Shown: positions 38,586 to 50,011 of the stretch, one piece after another
Numbering within the stretch: the stretch's first letter is position 1
How the letters are laid out: each line of letters begins with the position of its first letter
NCBI GenBank assembly: GCA_051047955.1
Contig: JBPGPT010000031.1
Coordinates: 124,001 to 187,468, forward strand
Reading direction: 5' to 3'
DNA: 63,468 nt
Origin: Cystobasidiomycetes sp. EMM_F5
Taxonomy: Eukaryota
The notes under the pieces: model-generated
Databases searched by the model: none
Told to the model about the DNA's origin: nothing
What the model saw: only the letters and a program-made list of their open reading frames with translations
Position numbers and translations under genes: made by a program

Positions 38586-39929
38586 TCACACTCCGAGCCG
38601 AAGGGGCGGAGCAGACTTCTCCGACTTTTTGCGCTCCTTGATGTCCTTTCTCTTCTGAACCTTGTGCAGCTTGCGTTTGTTGTGTGATAGATCCTGCATC
38701 CGTTGCGTTTCGAGAAGCTGCTTCTTGGCGCCTGTGATAAGTCGTTGAGAAGGCGGAGAAAGAGCAGGGGAGCGCAGTGTATGCATTAGCGGTACTCAAT
38801 TGACTCATATCGCCCACACTGGGCTGACATACCTTCCTTGAGGAAATAGGCCTGCTTCCCTTGACCGCGCTGTTCCTGCTCACTTTTCCGCCACGCAGCC
38901 ATACTCTCCTTTTCACGTCGCTTCTTTTCTTCAGCGGCTTGCTTGCTCTGCAATCGAATGAGTTCTTGCTCCATCGCTGCGCGCTCCGTAGCATCAACTG
39001 CCCCATTCTTGCGCTTTGTCACCTTCAAAGCCGTTCTGATCTGGCGTATTTCGTCTTTGCGGGCGTCGTCTAGAAAACCGTACGACGCATGGAATTGGGC
39101 GTCGTCGTACAATTCTCCGCCTACATTGTCGAAGCGAGGGTCTCGATGAGTCTATAGGCCGCCCAGTCGAAGCACTTGACCGTCAGCCAAAACGTTGCAC
39201 TGTGGATTGCAAGAATGATTGTCGCCCGCTTACCACTTTTGGTACATCGACAATTGTTCTCCGCCTGCTAACTGTTCTTTTCGCTGATATTTCCTGAGGC
39301 CTGCAAAGGCCGTATCCGGAATATTTAGTCTCCATCACGGTACGCCTCTGCATTACCTTACTCACGCGTGCTTGTCTGGCCTGGCAGGCTTCGTGCCCTT
39401 GTCCCGTTTGTTGGATGCGGGAGCTTTACTGGTAGAAGCCATTGGCTGTTCCTGTCTGTGCAGACTCTGCGCAATGTCGTTTGGGAGGGTCCGACGAGGA
39501 GTGTCTCGTCCACTACGTCCTTTAGCAGTCTTGCCGCGGTTTGACGATAAATTCGAATCTTCTTGCCCGGCCTCAGCTAGCGTCCGTCGACGCAAAGAGG
39601 GTTCTTTAGATATCGTTTGAAGCTTCTTCTGAGCTCTCGCCAGAGTTCTCAGCGGGATGTTCTTCATTGCTGATGTTGACATTAGCGTATACGATGCTAC
39701 ATCAGTAATTGCGCGCATCCTTAGCTGAGACTTGCGCACCATCCTGAAGATGGCCCAGCCTATCGTGCTCGTCCTCCTCGTCGTCCATTTCCTCCTCGCC
39801 GTCCGAGTCTCCGCGAAATTGGACAAGTCCCCTGCCCATCTCCTGCTCGCTGCCCATACCGCTGCCCTGGCTGCCCTCACTCTTCCCATCGCTCGCATAT
39901 TCATCGCTGTGCTCAGTGTTGCCCGACAT
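38586..39929 (-). CDS. RRP36: rRNA biogenesis protein Rrp36
   Basis: KHAPxEISAKRTVSRRR, RDPRFD, FHASYGFLDDARKDEI, KQAYFLK. Acidic N-terminus and basic C-terminus. Confidence 0.85.
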
Positions 39930-40555
39930 GGTCTGGTTGGAAAGAGGGCAAGATTCGCAGTCGGGTTTGGCTTTGGAACCATCCAAACGACGACAACGAC
40001 AACGACGAGTAATCACAATTCTGTACGATAGGATGGATCCGGAAGCACTCTGCGACCATAACCGTCCAAGAATCGCCCGAATTGAGCTGGAAATGACTGA
40101 CTTCTGACATGGTTTATGCTGAGGCTGACAATTGATGACAGATTAGCACGATACGGCGCTGCGCTGGCACTGACATTGATACTGATATCGTTGCTGAAGA
40201 TCACCTGATGGAAGGCTCATCCCGAACGAGCGAAACGAGCCAGTCTGGCACATCGAGGAGCATTAGACTGACCGGCTGACGCGGAGTAGCGTCCCCCTGA
40301 TGACAAGCACGCATCGATTTCAAAGACGCCAGAAAATTTCACATAAGTGGTCTTGCCCTCCCTGGACTTTTCCAGACAGACAGGACAGAACAGACTTACC
40401 GACTGACATGCCCTACTAGGCGGTGTCCGGAGTAGCAGATTCTCAGGCGGGCGGTGATGGTTTGCCGCTTACGGGTTCGACATCTGACTCTGCACTTGCT
40501 GTGTGTTTCCTTCTTCCTCTCTCGCTCTGTCATTGCATCCCAATCTTACGGCAAC

Positions 40556-41737
40556 ATGTCGTCAGGACAAAATCCATTCGGTAGGCCGTAGGCTGTAGAG
40601 CGTGTCACATGAGCCTCACTGACCACCTCCTAACTCGGGACGTGTCGATGTCGTGCTAATCGACGTCAATTCGCTTCACAATGGCAGGCTGGGCTTACAG
40701 CTACGACACCCTTCGTCGCATCGCAGACGAGGAGAACTATCCTGGACCTACCGGCGAGCGGGGAGATGGCGAAAGAAAAATCACAAGACCTCCTGGCGTT
40801 GCTTTGTTTGGATGGTTCCTGCTCAGACTCGTTCTTGGTATTGACATGGCTATACTCTTTGAGCTGGCGGGCGGTTTTGTATTGAAAGCGTAAGTCCCGA
40901 GTGACGTGTGCGTACAATTCGACTAATCATGTCTCTACCCTCTTTGCCAGCGTGAGCTACAAAGGCAAAGGCATCGCTGACCATTCAAATCCTTACTTCA
41001 TCACGTTCATGGGCTGCGTGGGTGGTGAGTAACTCCACCTTGTTGGTCCTCTCCCATTCATCTCACTTTGATCGATGACCTGGGCAGGGGCGATTGCCAT
41101 CGTACTTCTCGTCATCATCGATATGATTGTATCAAAGAAAGAAAAGAAGGAAGAAATGGAAGAGCGAAAAAAGCGAGCTTACGAAAGAGCCGGAGTAGAG
41201 GCTCCAGGCACGGCAACCACCGGTACAGATACTACGTCTGCAGGCACAACAACGACGTCTATCCCTCCCACATGGCCAGGGGGACGACCGGTAAGGGGCC
41301 AGGGTGTCAATGATGCTAACCAGGCAATACCAGCCGACGAGACGGAGGCTGCGTTCAAAACACGCTTTGACACTTGGAATACCAAGTATCTACAATACCG
41401 TATTAGCAACTCTGCAAGGAAGCTTAATCTCTACGAGGAATGGCCTCATCCAGATGGCAAACTCCGACTTGTTCACGTTCGCTACCACGCTATGCTGCGA
41501 TTGTTTGTGTGGCCACTGCTCGGTGCTCTATCTGGCGTCATGGGCTCTGTCTTTTGGGACATTCACAAAAATCGGGCTCGCGGCAAAGCCACGGGCGAAC
41601 GCATCGCCACTGGAGTGCTTGTGCAAACTGTCGGCATGGCCGTCGTCGTACTGGGACCCACCATCTTGCAAATTATTGTACTCAGTACAGAGTGGGGCAA
41701 GAACAAAATTCCTAAAAAGAAGAAGACGACGACCTGA
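40556..41737 (+). CDS. Orphan multi-pass membrane protein, tandem copy A
   Basis: Four exons: MSSGQNPF/GWAYSYDTLRR.../VSYKGKGIADHSNPYFITFMGCVG/GAIAIVLL.... About 4 hydrophobic segments. Exon structure and protein are conserved with copy B, with mostly synonymous differences. Confidence 0.8.
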
Positions 41738-42245
41738 GTACTGCGTTCGTTAAGGAATCATGTATTGTTCTAATATCATGGTCCAGCTGCCATACGCTGG
41801 CGGCATCGAGCGATGTACTGCGAAACAATGGCTCAACATAGCTGAGGAATAGGTACCGCGCGCTTTCGGGTTGATCCTTCATTCAGTACTGACAGGCTAC
41901 GAGCAAGTCTCGACGAGCGATCAAGCGCAGCAGACAGACAGACTGCTCAAGTCTCTTAGCAGGGCTTACTGTGACTGATGACTGAAGCTTTCACCTTGTC
42001 ATCACCGTTATTCTCTTTAACAACTGCAAGGACAGTTGAAGTCGTAAAGGCGATGCCCTCATTTTTTTGCATAACGTCTGGCTGACAAGACTGACTGACA
42101 TACTCTTAAGGCTATACAATGTGGCACAGGTAAGCAAAATTATTACTGCTTATCCGCGAATGGAGGTTCTGCCACTTTACACCTCTCCCATTCCGAGCGC
42201 GAGTAATTTGAACAGTGCTTTTCCGCTTTAAAACACGAAGGCCGC

Positions 42246-43387
42246 ATGTCGTCGGGACAGAATCCATTCGGTAAGCGATGATACTCTTAAGCACGACAGC
42301 CGTCTGATTGTCCGCTCACTCCGTTGCTCGGCGCTACCTCCGCTGAATAATGTAGGCTGGGCCTACAGCTACGACACCCTTCGTCGGATCGCAGATGAGG
42401 AGAACTATCCTGGACCCACGGGAGAGCAGGCAGATGGCGAAAGAAAGATCACGAGGCCCCCAGGTGTTGCTTTGTTTGGATGGTTCTTGCTCCGACTTGT
42501 TCTTGGTATCGACATGGCCATACTTTTTGAGCTTGCGGGAGGCTTTGTGCTGAAAGCGTAAGCCTTCATACACAGACACGTTTGTCTCGACTGACGCTGT
42601 CACTGGCTTCTTTCTGCCAGCGTGAATTACCAAGGCAGGGGTATAGCTGATCATTCAAACCCCTACTTCATTACGTTCATGGGCTGTGTTGGTGGTGAGA
42701 ATAGACATACTCCTTTACTGTTCGTGATCAACCCTTACGTCATTTGCACTCCTCTCAGGAGCAATCGCTATTGTCCTTCTCGTCATAATCGATATGATTG
42801 TCTCCAAGAAGGAAAAGAAAGAAGAAATGGAAGAGCGCAAAAAGCGAGCATACCAGAAAGCTGGCGTAGCCGCCCCAGCAACGACTCCTGCTGCTACAGG
42901 CGCGACAGCGACAATACTAGCTTCGCCGGGCCGACGACCGATTCAGGGCGTTAGCGACACGGGCGCAGCGATAGCCAACGAAACAGATGCGGCGTATAAA
43001 ACCCGCCTTGATGCTTGGAACGTTCTGTATCAGCAATATCGAATCCAGAATTCCGCACCCAAGCTGAATCTCTACGAGGAATGGCCACATCCAGATGGAA
43101 AACTCCGTCTTGTTCACGTCCGCTACCACGCTATGCTGCGGCTACTCGTGTGGCCGCTACTAGGTGCTCTCTCTGGCGTTATGGGCTCTGTCTTCTGGGA
43201 CATCCATAAAAATCGGGCTCGCGGCAAAGCCACGGGCGAACGCATCGCCACTGGAGTGCTTGTGCAAACTGTCGGCATGGCCGTCGTCGTACTGGGACCC
43301 ACCATCCTGCAAATTATTGTACTCAGTACAGAGTGGGGCAAGAACAAGATTCCTAAAAAGAAGCGGACGACCACAACGACGACGTGA
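42246..43387 (+). CDS. Orphan multi-pass membrane protein, tandem copy B
   Basis: Same four-exon layout and near-identical protein to 40556-41737, apart from a variable Thr/Ala loop. Confidence 0.8.
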
Positions 43388-43573
43388 TTAATCGTTGGAC
43401 CAGTAAAAGTCCCCGAGCTGGCGTGTAGGGTAGTGAGAAGGGGTAGATTCATAGTAGAGCTTGGTGTGTAGCTGTGTATGGACATGGATTGCGTTGGATG
43501 TGGAGACCCGAATTTCGCGCTGACTGGTCTGAAAGACGTGTACGCCCGCCTTTTCCGCCCAAACGTCAGTCAA

Positions 43574-45649
43574 ATGTCAGCCTCGTCGTCGTCAGCTTCG
43601 ACGGCTTTGCCGTCCTGGAGTCCTCAGTCCTGGCGCTCAAAGCCTGTTGGCCAGCCCGTCGACTATGGCCAGGATAGTGCTGCCAGGCTCGCGGGGGTCA
43701 CGCAGCGACTGGCGCATCTTCCCCCGCTAGTCACCAACGAGGAAGTCAGTCCCGGAATCCGGATGTCACTCAAAATCGCACGCTGAGCTCGCTGTTCTGG
43801 CTGACGATTTGCGCGCCAGATTGACCGGCTACGGGGCCAGCTGTGAATTATTGCTGACCGCCAGGACTGAAACGCAAAATACTGACGCTGACTACCCGCA
43901 ATTGCACTCGCACAGTGCCCAGGTTGCAGAGAACAAAGCCTTCCTCCTGCAGGGCGGCGACTGCGCGGAGCTGTGAGCAGTCTGCCCCGTTCTGCGGAAA
44001 TTTGTGATGAATCCCACTGACGTTCCTAGCGATACGTTAGCTTTGACTACTGCAACAACGTGAGCGCACTTGGACTATCTTTGTCAGCTGGCTTGCTTGC
44101 TTACAGAGAATGCTGACACGCCCGACAACAGCAAGCAATAGAACAACGGCTGTCGCTTCTGCTGCTCAGCAGTCTGGTCGTGGTGTTTGGAGCTCGCACA
44201 CCCGTCGTACGAATACTACGCGGAGCCGGGCAGTATGCCAAGCCCCGCTCGAAATCAACGGAAACTATCGACGGGAAAGAAATACTGACTTTCCGGTAAG
44301 GGCTCGTCAATCTGGTCTAGTCAAAGACATGACAAACTGACATACCCTGACACAGTGGTGAAAATGTTAATGGTATAGAGCTATCCGACAGGCAGCCCGA
44401 TCCGGAGCGTTTATTGCAGTGAGCACTCGCATCCTTTTGCAACGCTTTTTTGGGAACGCTTCCCATTCTCAAGCTGGATTCTCTGCAGAGCCTACTTTCA
44501 TTCAGCAGCCACCATCAACTACATACGCGGATTGCTGTCATCCGGATTTGCAGATCTGCACAATCCGCGCTCATGGTCTTTATCGCACGTGCGAGACCCT
44601 GCATTGGCAAAGGCGTTCGAGAAGATAGTAGAGAGGCTGGAAGACTCTCTGGATTTCCTCCGTGTAGTAGGTGGAGAGAACGGAACGTCGCTACGCACGG
44701 TGGACCTATGGACGAGTCACGAGGTAGGCTGAATTCTCCATGTAGCGTCTGCTCGCCTCGCTTACATCCATACGAACGCTTCAGGGTCTTATGCTTGAGT
44801 ACGAGGAAGCCCTAACGCGCCCTGGAAAGGCAAAAGCCAGCACAACATTCTACAATGGATCTGCGTCAGTTTGTTAAGCGAACGAATTTTAGAAAATCTG
44901 ACTGAGTGGATAGCATGTCTCATGTCACACAGGCATTTCCTATGGATCGGCGATCGAACTCGCGACATTAACGGCGCGCATATAGAATACTTCCGCGGTA
45001 TTCAGAATCCTATCGGTTTAAAGGCCGGTCCATCTCTTGAGCCAGCAGAACTCGTTCGTCTCCTTGATATACTGGATCCTGAAAACAAACCCGGCAAAGT
45101 CACAATCATATGTCGATACGGAGCAAGCAAGGTGAGCGCTCAGACTGCCTGGAAGCCCTGTTAACGCTAAGCAGTGATCAATAGGTCGATGATTGTTTAC
45201 CCGGGCATATCAAGGCAGTACAGGCAACCAAGCACAAGGTCATATTCTGCGCTGATATCATGCACGGTAATACAACCAATGCCGGGAAGTACAAGACTCG
45301 TCACTTGGCAGATCTCGTTAGCGAGCTCTCCCGTTCATTCGAAATACATACAGCAAACCAATCGCGCTTGCAAGGCGTACACTTGGAGATGACCGGCGAT
45401 ACCAATGCTGATGGCTTCAGCGTCACCGAATGCCTGGGTGGGTCGATGGAGCTGGATGTCGCCGAATTAGCAAAGCGATACGAGTCCTTTTGTGACCCTC
45501 GCCTCAACACGGAGCAGACTCTTGATATAGCTTTCCTGGTTGCCGACTTTCTGTCCAGCATGCGTAAAGGGCAGGCGACGGGTCATCATATTCTTGACAG
45601 TCTTTCGTCTCGTGCAACATCACGAGACCGAGAAGCGCGGAAGTCTTAA
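43574..45649 (+). CDS. Class II 3-deoxy-D-arabino-heptulosonate-7-phosphate (DAHP) synthase
   Basis: WSPQSWRSKP, FLLQGGDCAELF, GQYAKPRS, PDPERLL, TSHEGL, HFLWIGDRTR, NPIGLKAGP, MHGNT, GVHLEMTG, CDPRLN. Confidence 0.96.
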
Positions 45650-45714
45650 TACAGACGCTTTCTCGACGATGAATTGGCGTTGGCCATCACCAATGAATGA
45701 TCCGCGTATCTCGC

Positions 45715-48010
45715 TCAGTTTTTGTGTGGCAGGCCCCCGATGCGAGTCGGTCTGAATGGAGTGCACAATGCAATGACCGCCGCCAATACGAAAAATGCTG
45801 CGGAAGCAAACCAAGCTACACGTGGGTGCGTGTCTGCTGTCGAGCTGTATATTCCCCCCAATATAAGTGGCGAGAGAATCGCACATGCGTTATCGATCAG
45901 TGCAATGGCTGAAAGCACCTGATGTAAATGCGCAAGAACATAGAGCACGCGTTAGCAATTTTCTGTAAATCGTGCGCAAATAGACTCATCTGTCATGGAC
46001 GTCGACGAGATCTGCGTGATGATACTTTGAACACTTGGACCCCCTGCAGCGGAGATGCTCAGTAGGGCTGTGGCTGAAGACATTTAACACATCATTAGTC
46101 AAGCCAAGAATATCATACTTGGGATCTTTTGCGTACAGGCATATAGTTGCCAGACCTCCTTGCTAACGCCGACAGCAGTGAGGGCCATTGCGTCAATGCA
46201 GAAGCTAGCTGCACCAAAGTACAGATCGAAACGCTCAGAACCATCAAGAGGTCGATCCGCCTCGCTGTCATCGTCGTTGTCGTCATTGTCGGCATTGTCT
46301 TCGCTGCCGTCATGAGTATTGGCAGCTGACGACCGACGGTGTCTGTCTCCTGCAAGCAGCCTTGTACTCTCGCTGTGACTTTCCATTGACGGATGTACCG
46401 ACGACTTGTCTCGCGACCACTGAGCGTATTTGTCCCGACCTTGTCGAATGACAAAGGGTAGAATACCCATGAGAAGGAGGGCCTGAAGACGGGAATGTTC
46501 AGCACTGCCGCTTAAAGCCGACAGGTGGAGGTATTACCTTGCTTGCGGTTATAAAGGCTACCAGGAGACCATTTTGCGCTCCGTCAAACCCGAATGATCC
46601 TGTAGTCGTAAGCAGCAACAACTGTGAGAGAACATGAGCTTCAACCAGGGATTATGAGATTGGACTCACGTCATTTGTGTAGAGTCCGCCAATGCGATAC
46701 ATGAAGAAGGCAGTGGAAAGTATAAAGAGACGGTAATCGCGCCGCTCCTTGCTACTTGACTTTTGAGGAAGTAGTATGGCGAGTTTGCGCGTAAAGTCGA
46801 ATCGGCTTGCAAATCGCCGCCACAGCGTGGAGCTTCCAAGTTCATCTGAAGAGTTGCTGTTGTCCTGGCCATGCTGGGTGGCTTCGTTGGCTTCCATCAA
46901 TTGCTGCCTTCTATCCGCCGTCAGAGCTTCGGGAAGTACGAAAGCTGAGTACAAGAACATCGAGAGGAATACTCCAGTACCAATCCAGAATGGCAGTAAA
47001 GGCGAGCTGCAAGTTAAACGCGAAACCAAATTCACTCAGCATGTCAGTCAACAGCGCCTGAATCACGGCTTTACGTACTTGGTGTAAGTCGTGATGGCGG
47101 ATGTAGCTGCCGCCGACAGCGATAAGCCAGTGAAAGTGGCTGCTCCTGCAACACAGACGGGGCGGACATTGTCAGTCATTGCGTTACGCTGCCTGAATCG
47201 CGTAGACTGACCTAGAAGTGCAAATGTCGGTGAACGTTCGTCATTGTCTACACAATCTACTATATAACTCTGGAAAGTGAGCTGTAGCAGAGGTTGAGAT
47301 CCGATTCCAGAGAAAAAGAAGTTGGCAATTATGAAAGCTATGCCTATTTTGCCTCGGAAGTGAGCTGTGAGATAGGTCAGTCGAGCTCAGGAAGCGAGAG
47401 ATGTAAACCGACCACCCAGGCCGAAAAGGAGTATGGATGTTGTGAGGCAAAGTGCTGTGAACGCAAACATGGGTTTTCGTCCGTATCGCGATAGTAGGTC
47501 CGAGTAGACGGTGAGGCAGAGTACAGCTGAGGAACATGGAAAGTAATGCTCAACTGCGATGTCACAAGCAAGCAACAAGCAATGCGTACTCATTAGAGCA
47601 TTCAGTATTCTCGCCGCCGTGACCGCCGCGCCGGCCAACTTTGCGATTTCTGGAATTTGACACTCTTGCGCAGGGTTTGCGAGTAAATGCATGGTGAGAC
47701 TTTGCGCAGCGTCAAGACGAGACGAGTCGCGACCGTAGTAGTAATCGCAGGCGAGTTCGCGCACTATGGGAATCTCTAGCGGAACTGCCAGCCCTCCACC
47801 TTTGGTGAGCATCTCTTCAGTATATGTTTGTGCGTGTTTAGCGAATGGAGAACTTTACGCACCGGTACTACCGAGGACGGCAATGATGAGAACGTGCGAC
47901 GGAGCAGCCGTCTTGAGCCATTTCTTGAATCTGGCAGCAATTCCTCTGCGGTCTACAATATCGTCATTGACGTCGGCAACGCTCTCGCGACTGCTACCGT
48001 CGCCGGCCAT
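45715..48010 (-). CDS. MFS transporter (SLC46/YJL163C-like)
   Basis: RELACDYY...C luminal loop, motif-A-like SDLLSRYGRKP, LPEAL, and multiple TM exons ending ILSPLILGGIYS...FFVLAAVIAL. Confidence 0.82.
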
Positions 48011-48204
48011 TCAAGAGCTTTCGAAGAATGTCAGCGGAAACAAACTCGGACGTCAGTTTAAGTCAGTGGTCAGTTGGCGGAAAGCCAGGAAAGCCGTGGT
48101 CGCCGTTTTCAGAGTATCGATATTATCGATCATTATCATCGGGCAACGCTGGTCTGCTCTAGCCAACTGACGATACTGAGCTGAGTTGAGCTGACCTGCT
48201 AACA

Positions 48205-49653
48205 ATGCCAGCGGGAGACGACGAAAACGCAGCGAGCGCGATATCGCTCAGCCCAGACGGGTCCGGGTACTATGGCCATCTGAACGTCGAGCAGCAGAGA
48301 GCGCTCGATGAGCTCAAAGGGCTGCTCACCAAGGACGGGCTGACTCTGGCGACCCTCGAAGACGAAGCGCAAGGGAGCAGGACGCACGGCGTGTCGGATC
48401 TCGAACTACTGTGAAGCGATGTCGACGGCGTTTGGCGATGCGAGTAATAGCTGATGCGGCTCGCATGTGCAGCCGTTTCCTGCGAGCCAGGCGTTTCGAC
48501 GTGGCCAAGACGTACAGCATGTACTCTGCAACTCTGCAATGGCGCAAATCCATAGACATCGACAACCTGTACAAGACTTTCAATTGGGAAAAGGCTCAAA
48601 TGGCTGCCACTGTCGGCTATCGGCAGTACTTTCATGTAGATTGGTGCATGTCATTATCTCTTACGCCGGCGTTGACTAGAGCTTGTTTCGCAGAGAGAAG
48701 ACCGGTCTGGCAGTCCAATTCACATTCACGAGCTCGGCACGCTTGATTTGACAAGGGTAGACAATGTGGCCTCTGTTGCGCAATATGACAACTTGCTAAT
48801 GTCTCTACCGCCGACGACAGCTGTTCAAGGTGATTTCACCGGAAGACCAAATCACATACATGTTTCTCTTGAACGAGTCAAACTTCAGAGAACGCTTCCC
48901 CGGGTGCACAAACCACCTACGACAACAAAAACGTATCCTCAGAGACAGCGATTTGACCGCAGCAGACAGTGGGGAAGGCGAGAATGAGTCCGAGCGAGAG
49001 GCCCGGGAGATTAGGGAAGTGGAGACAGTTACGGGCATACTGGATGTGCGGAGTGTCGGTCTCATGAGTTTTTGGAAGATCAAGGACATCCTCGGTCAGG
49101 TCATCCGGATATCTGATGTATGTCTTCGGTCTTCAGAGCACTCACTCAACATGCTGAGCATCTTCCGCTGCTAGATGAATTACCCCGAGACTTCGAACAG
49201 ACTGGTGAGCGCCAGTCTTCTCCTGGTCTGTCCTCCTAACGATGACTTGAATGTGTCTTAGTACATCATCAATGCCCCTAGTATGTTCTCAACGATATGG
49301 GGCTACGTCAAAGGGTGGATTGATGCGCGGACAGCATCACGTGTAAGGGTGTCTCATGTGCAGGCTTGTTCCTTTGTGATGACAATGCCTCCTTTCCCGC
49401 ACCCTGCGCACGTCAATAGGTCTTCATTTTAGGCTCCGATTACAAAGCCACCCTTTTGCAACACGTAGCACCGGAGAATCTGCCAACGTACTTGGGTGGC
49501 ACATGCACCTGTAAAGGCATCGAAGGAGGCTGCCGAAATGGAGATGTCGGCGTGTGGAACCCTACCGGAGCTCCTTGGGCTAAACGTGCCGCCCTTTCTA
49601 CCACGGCGTCTCCTGCATCAAAGGGGAAAGTCAGCAAAATCGCGGCCAGCTGA
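48205..49653 (+). CDS. Sec14-family CRAL-TRIO lipid-transfer protein
   Basis: GYYGHLNVEQQRAL, LLRFLRARRFDV, NYPET, YIINAPSMFSTIWGYVKGWID, and ILGSDYKATLLQHVAPENLPTYLGGTCTC. Confidence 0.9.
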
Positions 49654-50011
49654 TATGTGTGTTCTAGATCGCAATACCTTGCTCAGTCAAGGCAAGGAGA
49701 TAGTGGCAGTTCGCAAAACAAGGAGTTGACGAAGTGTGTAGCATACATGGCCATAGTATTACAATGCGATTTAGAACGCGGTCGCATGCCTTCACACTGA
49801 GGCGAAATGCGATTAGCAGACGAAAATTGCCCGCGCACCAACGTGGCGTTATACGCTACTATTACAAAAACCTACATTCTCGCAATGAGCAATCACAACC
49901 TCGTTGGTGGTATACTGCGCTCAGCAAAACAATCTGATACATCTCCGTGCATTTAAGCGGCATTTGCCTGTACGCAGAAGAGTCAAAACATCCGGATTGC
50001 TGAAAAGCTTG

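Noticed and set aside
40200..40310. Hammerhead-like words (CTGATG..GAAAC, CTGATGA) with small hairpins
   Set aside because: Core spacing and the stem III/UH cleavage site do not fit any hammerhead topology.
43574..48010. Class II DAHP synthase beside an MFS transporter as a possible secondary-metabolite cluster or horizontal transfer
   Set aside because: Class II DAHP synthases are normal in fungi, the gene has many native-style introns, and no tailoring or backbone enzymes are nearby.
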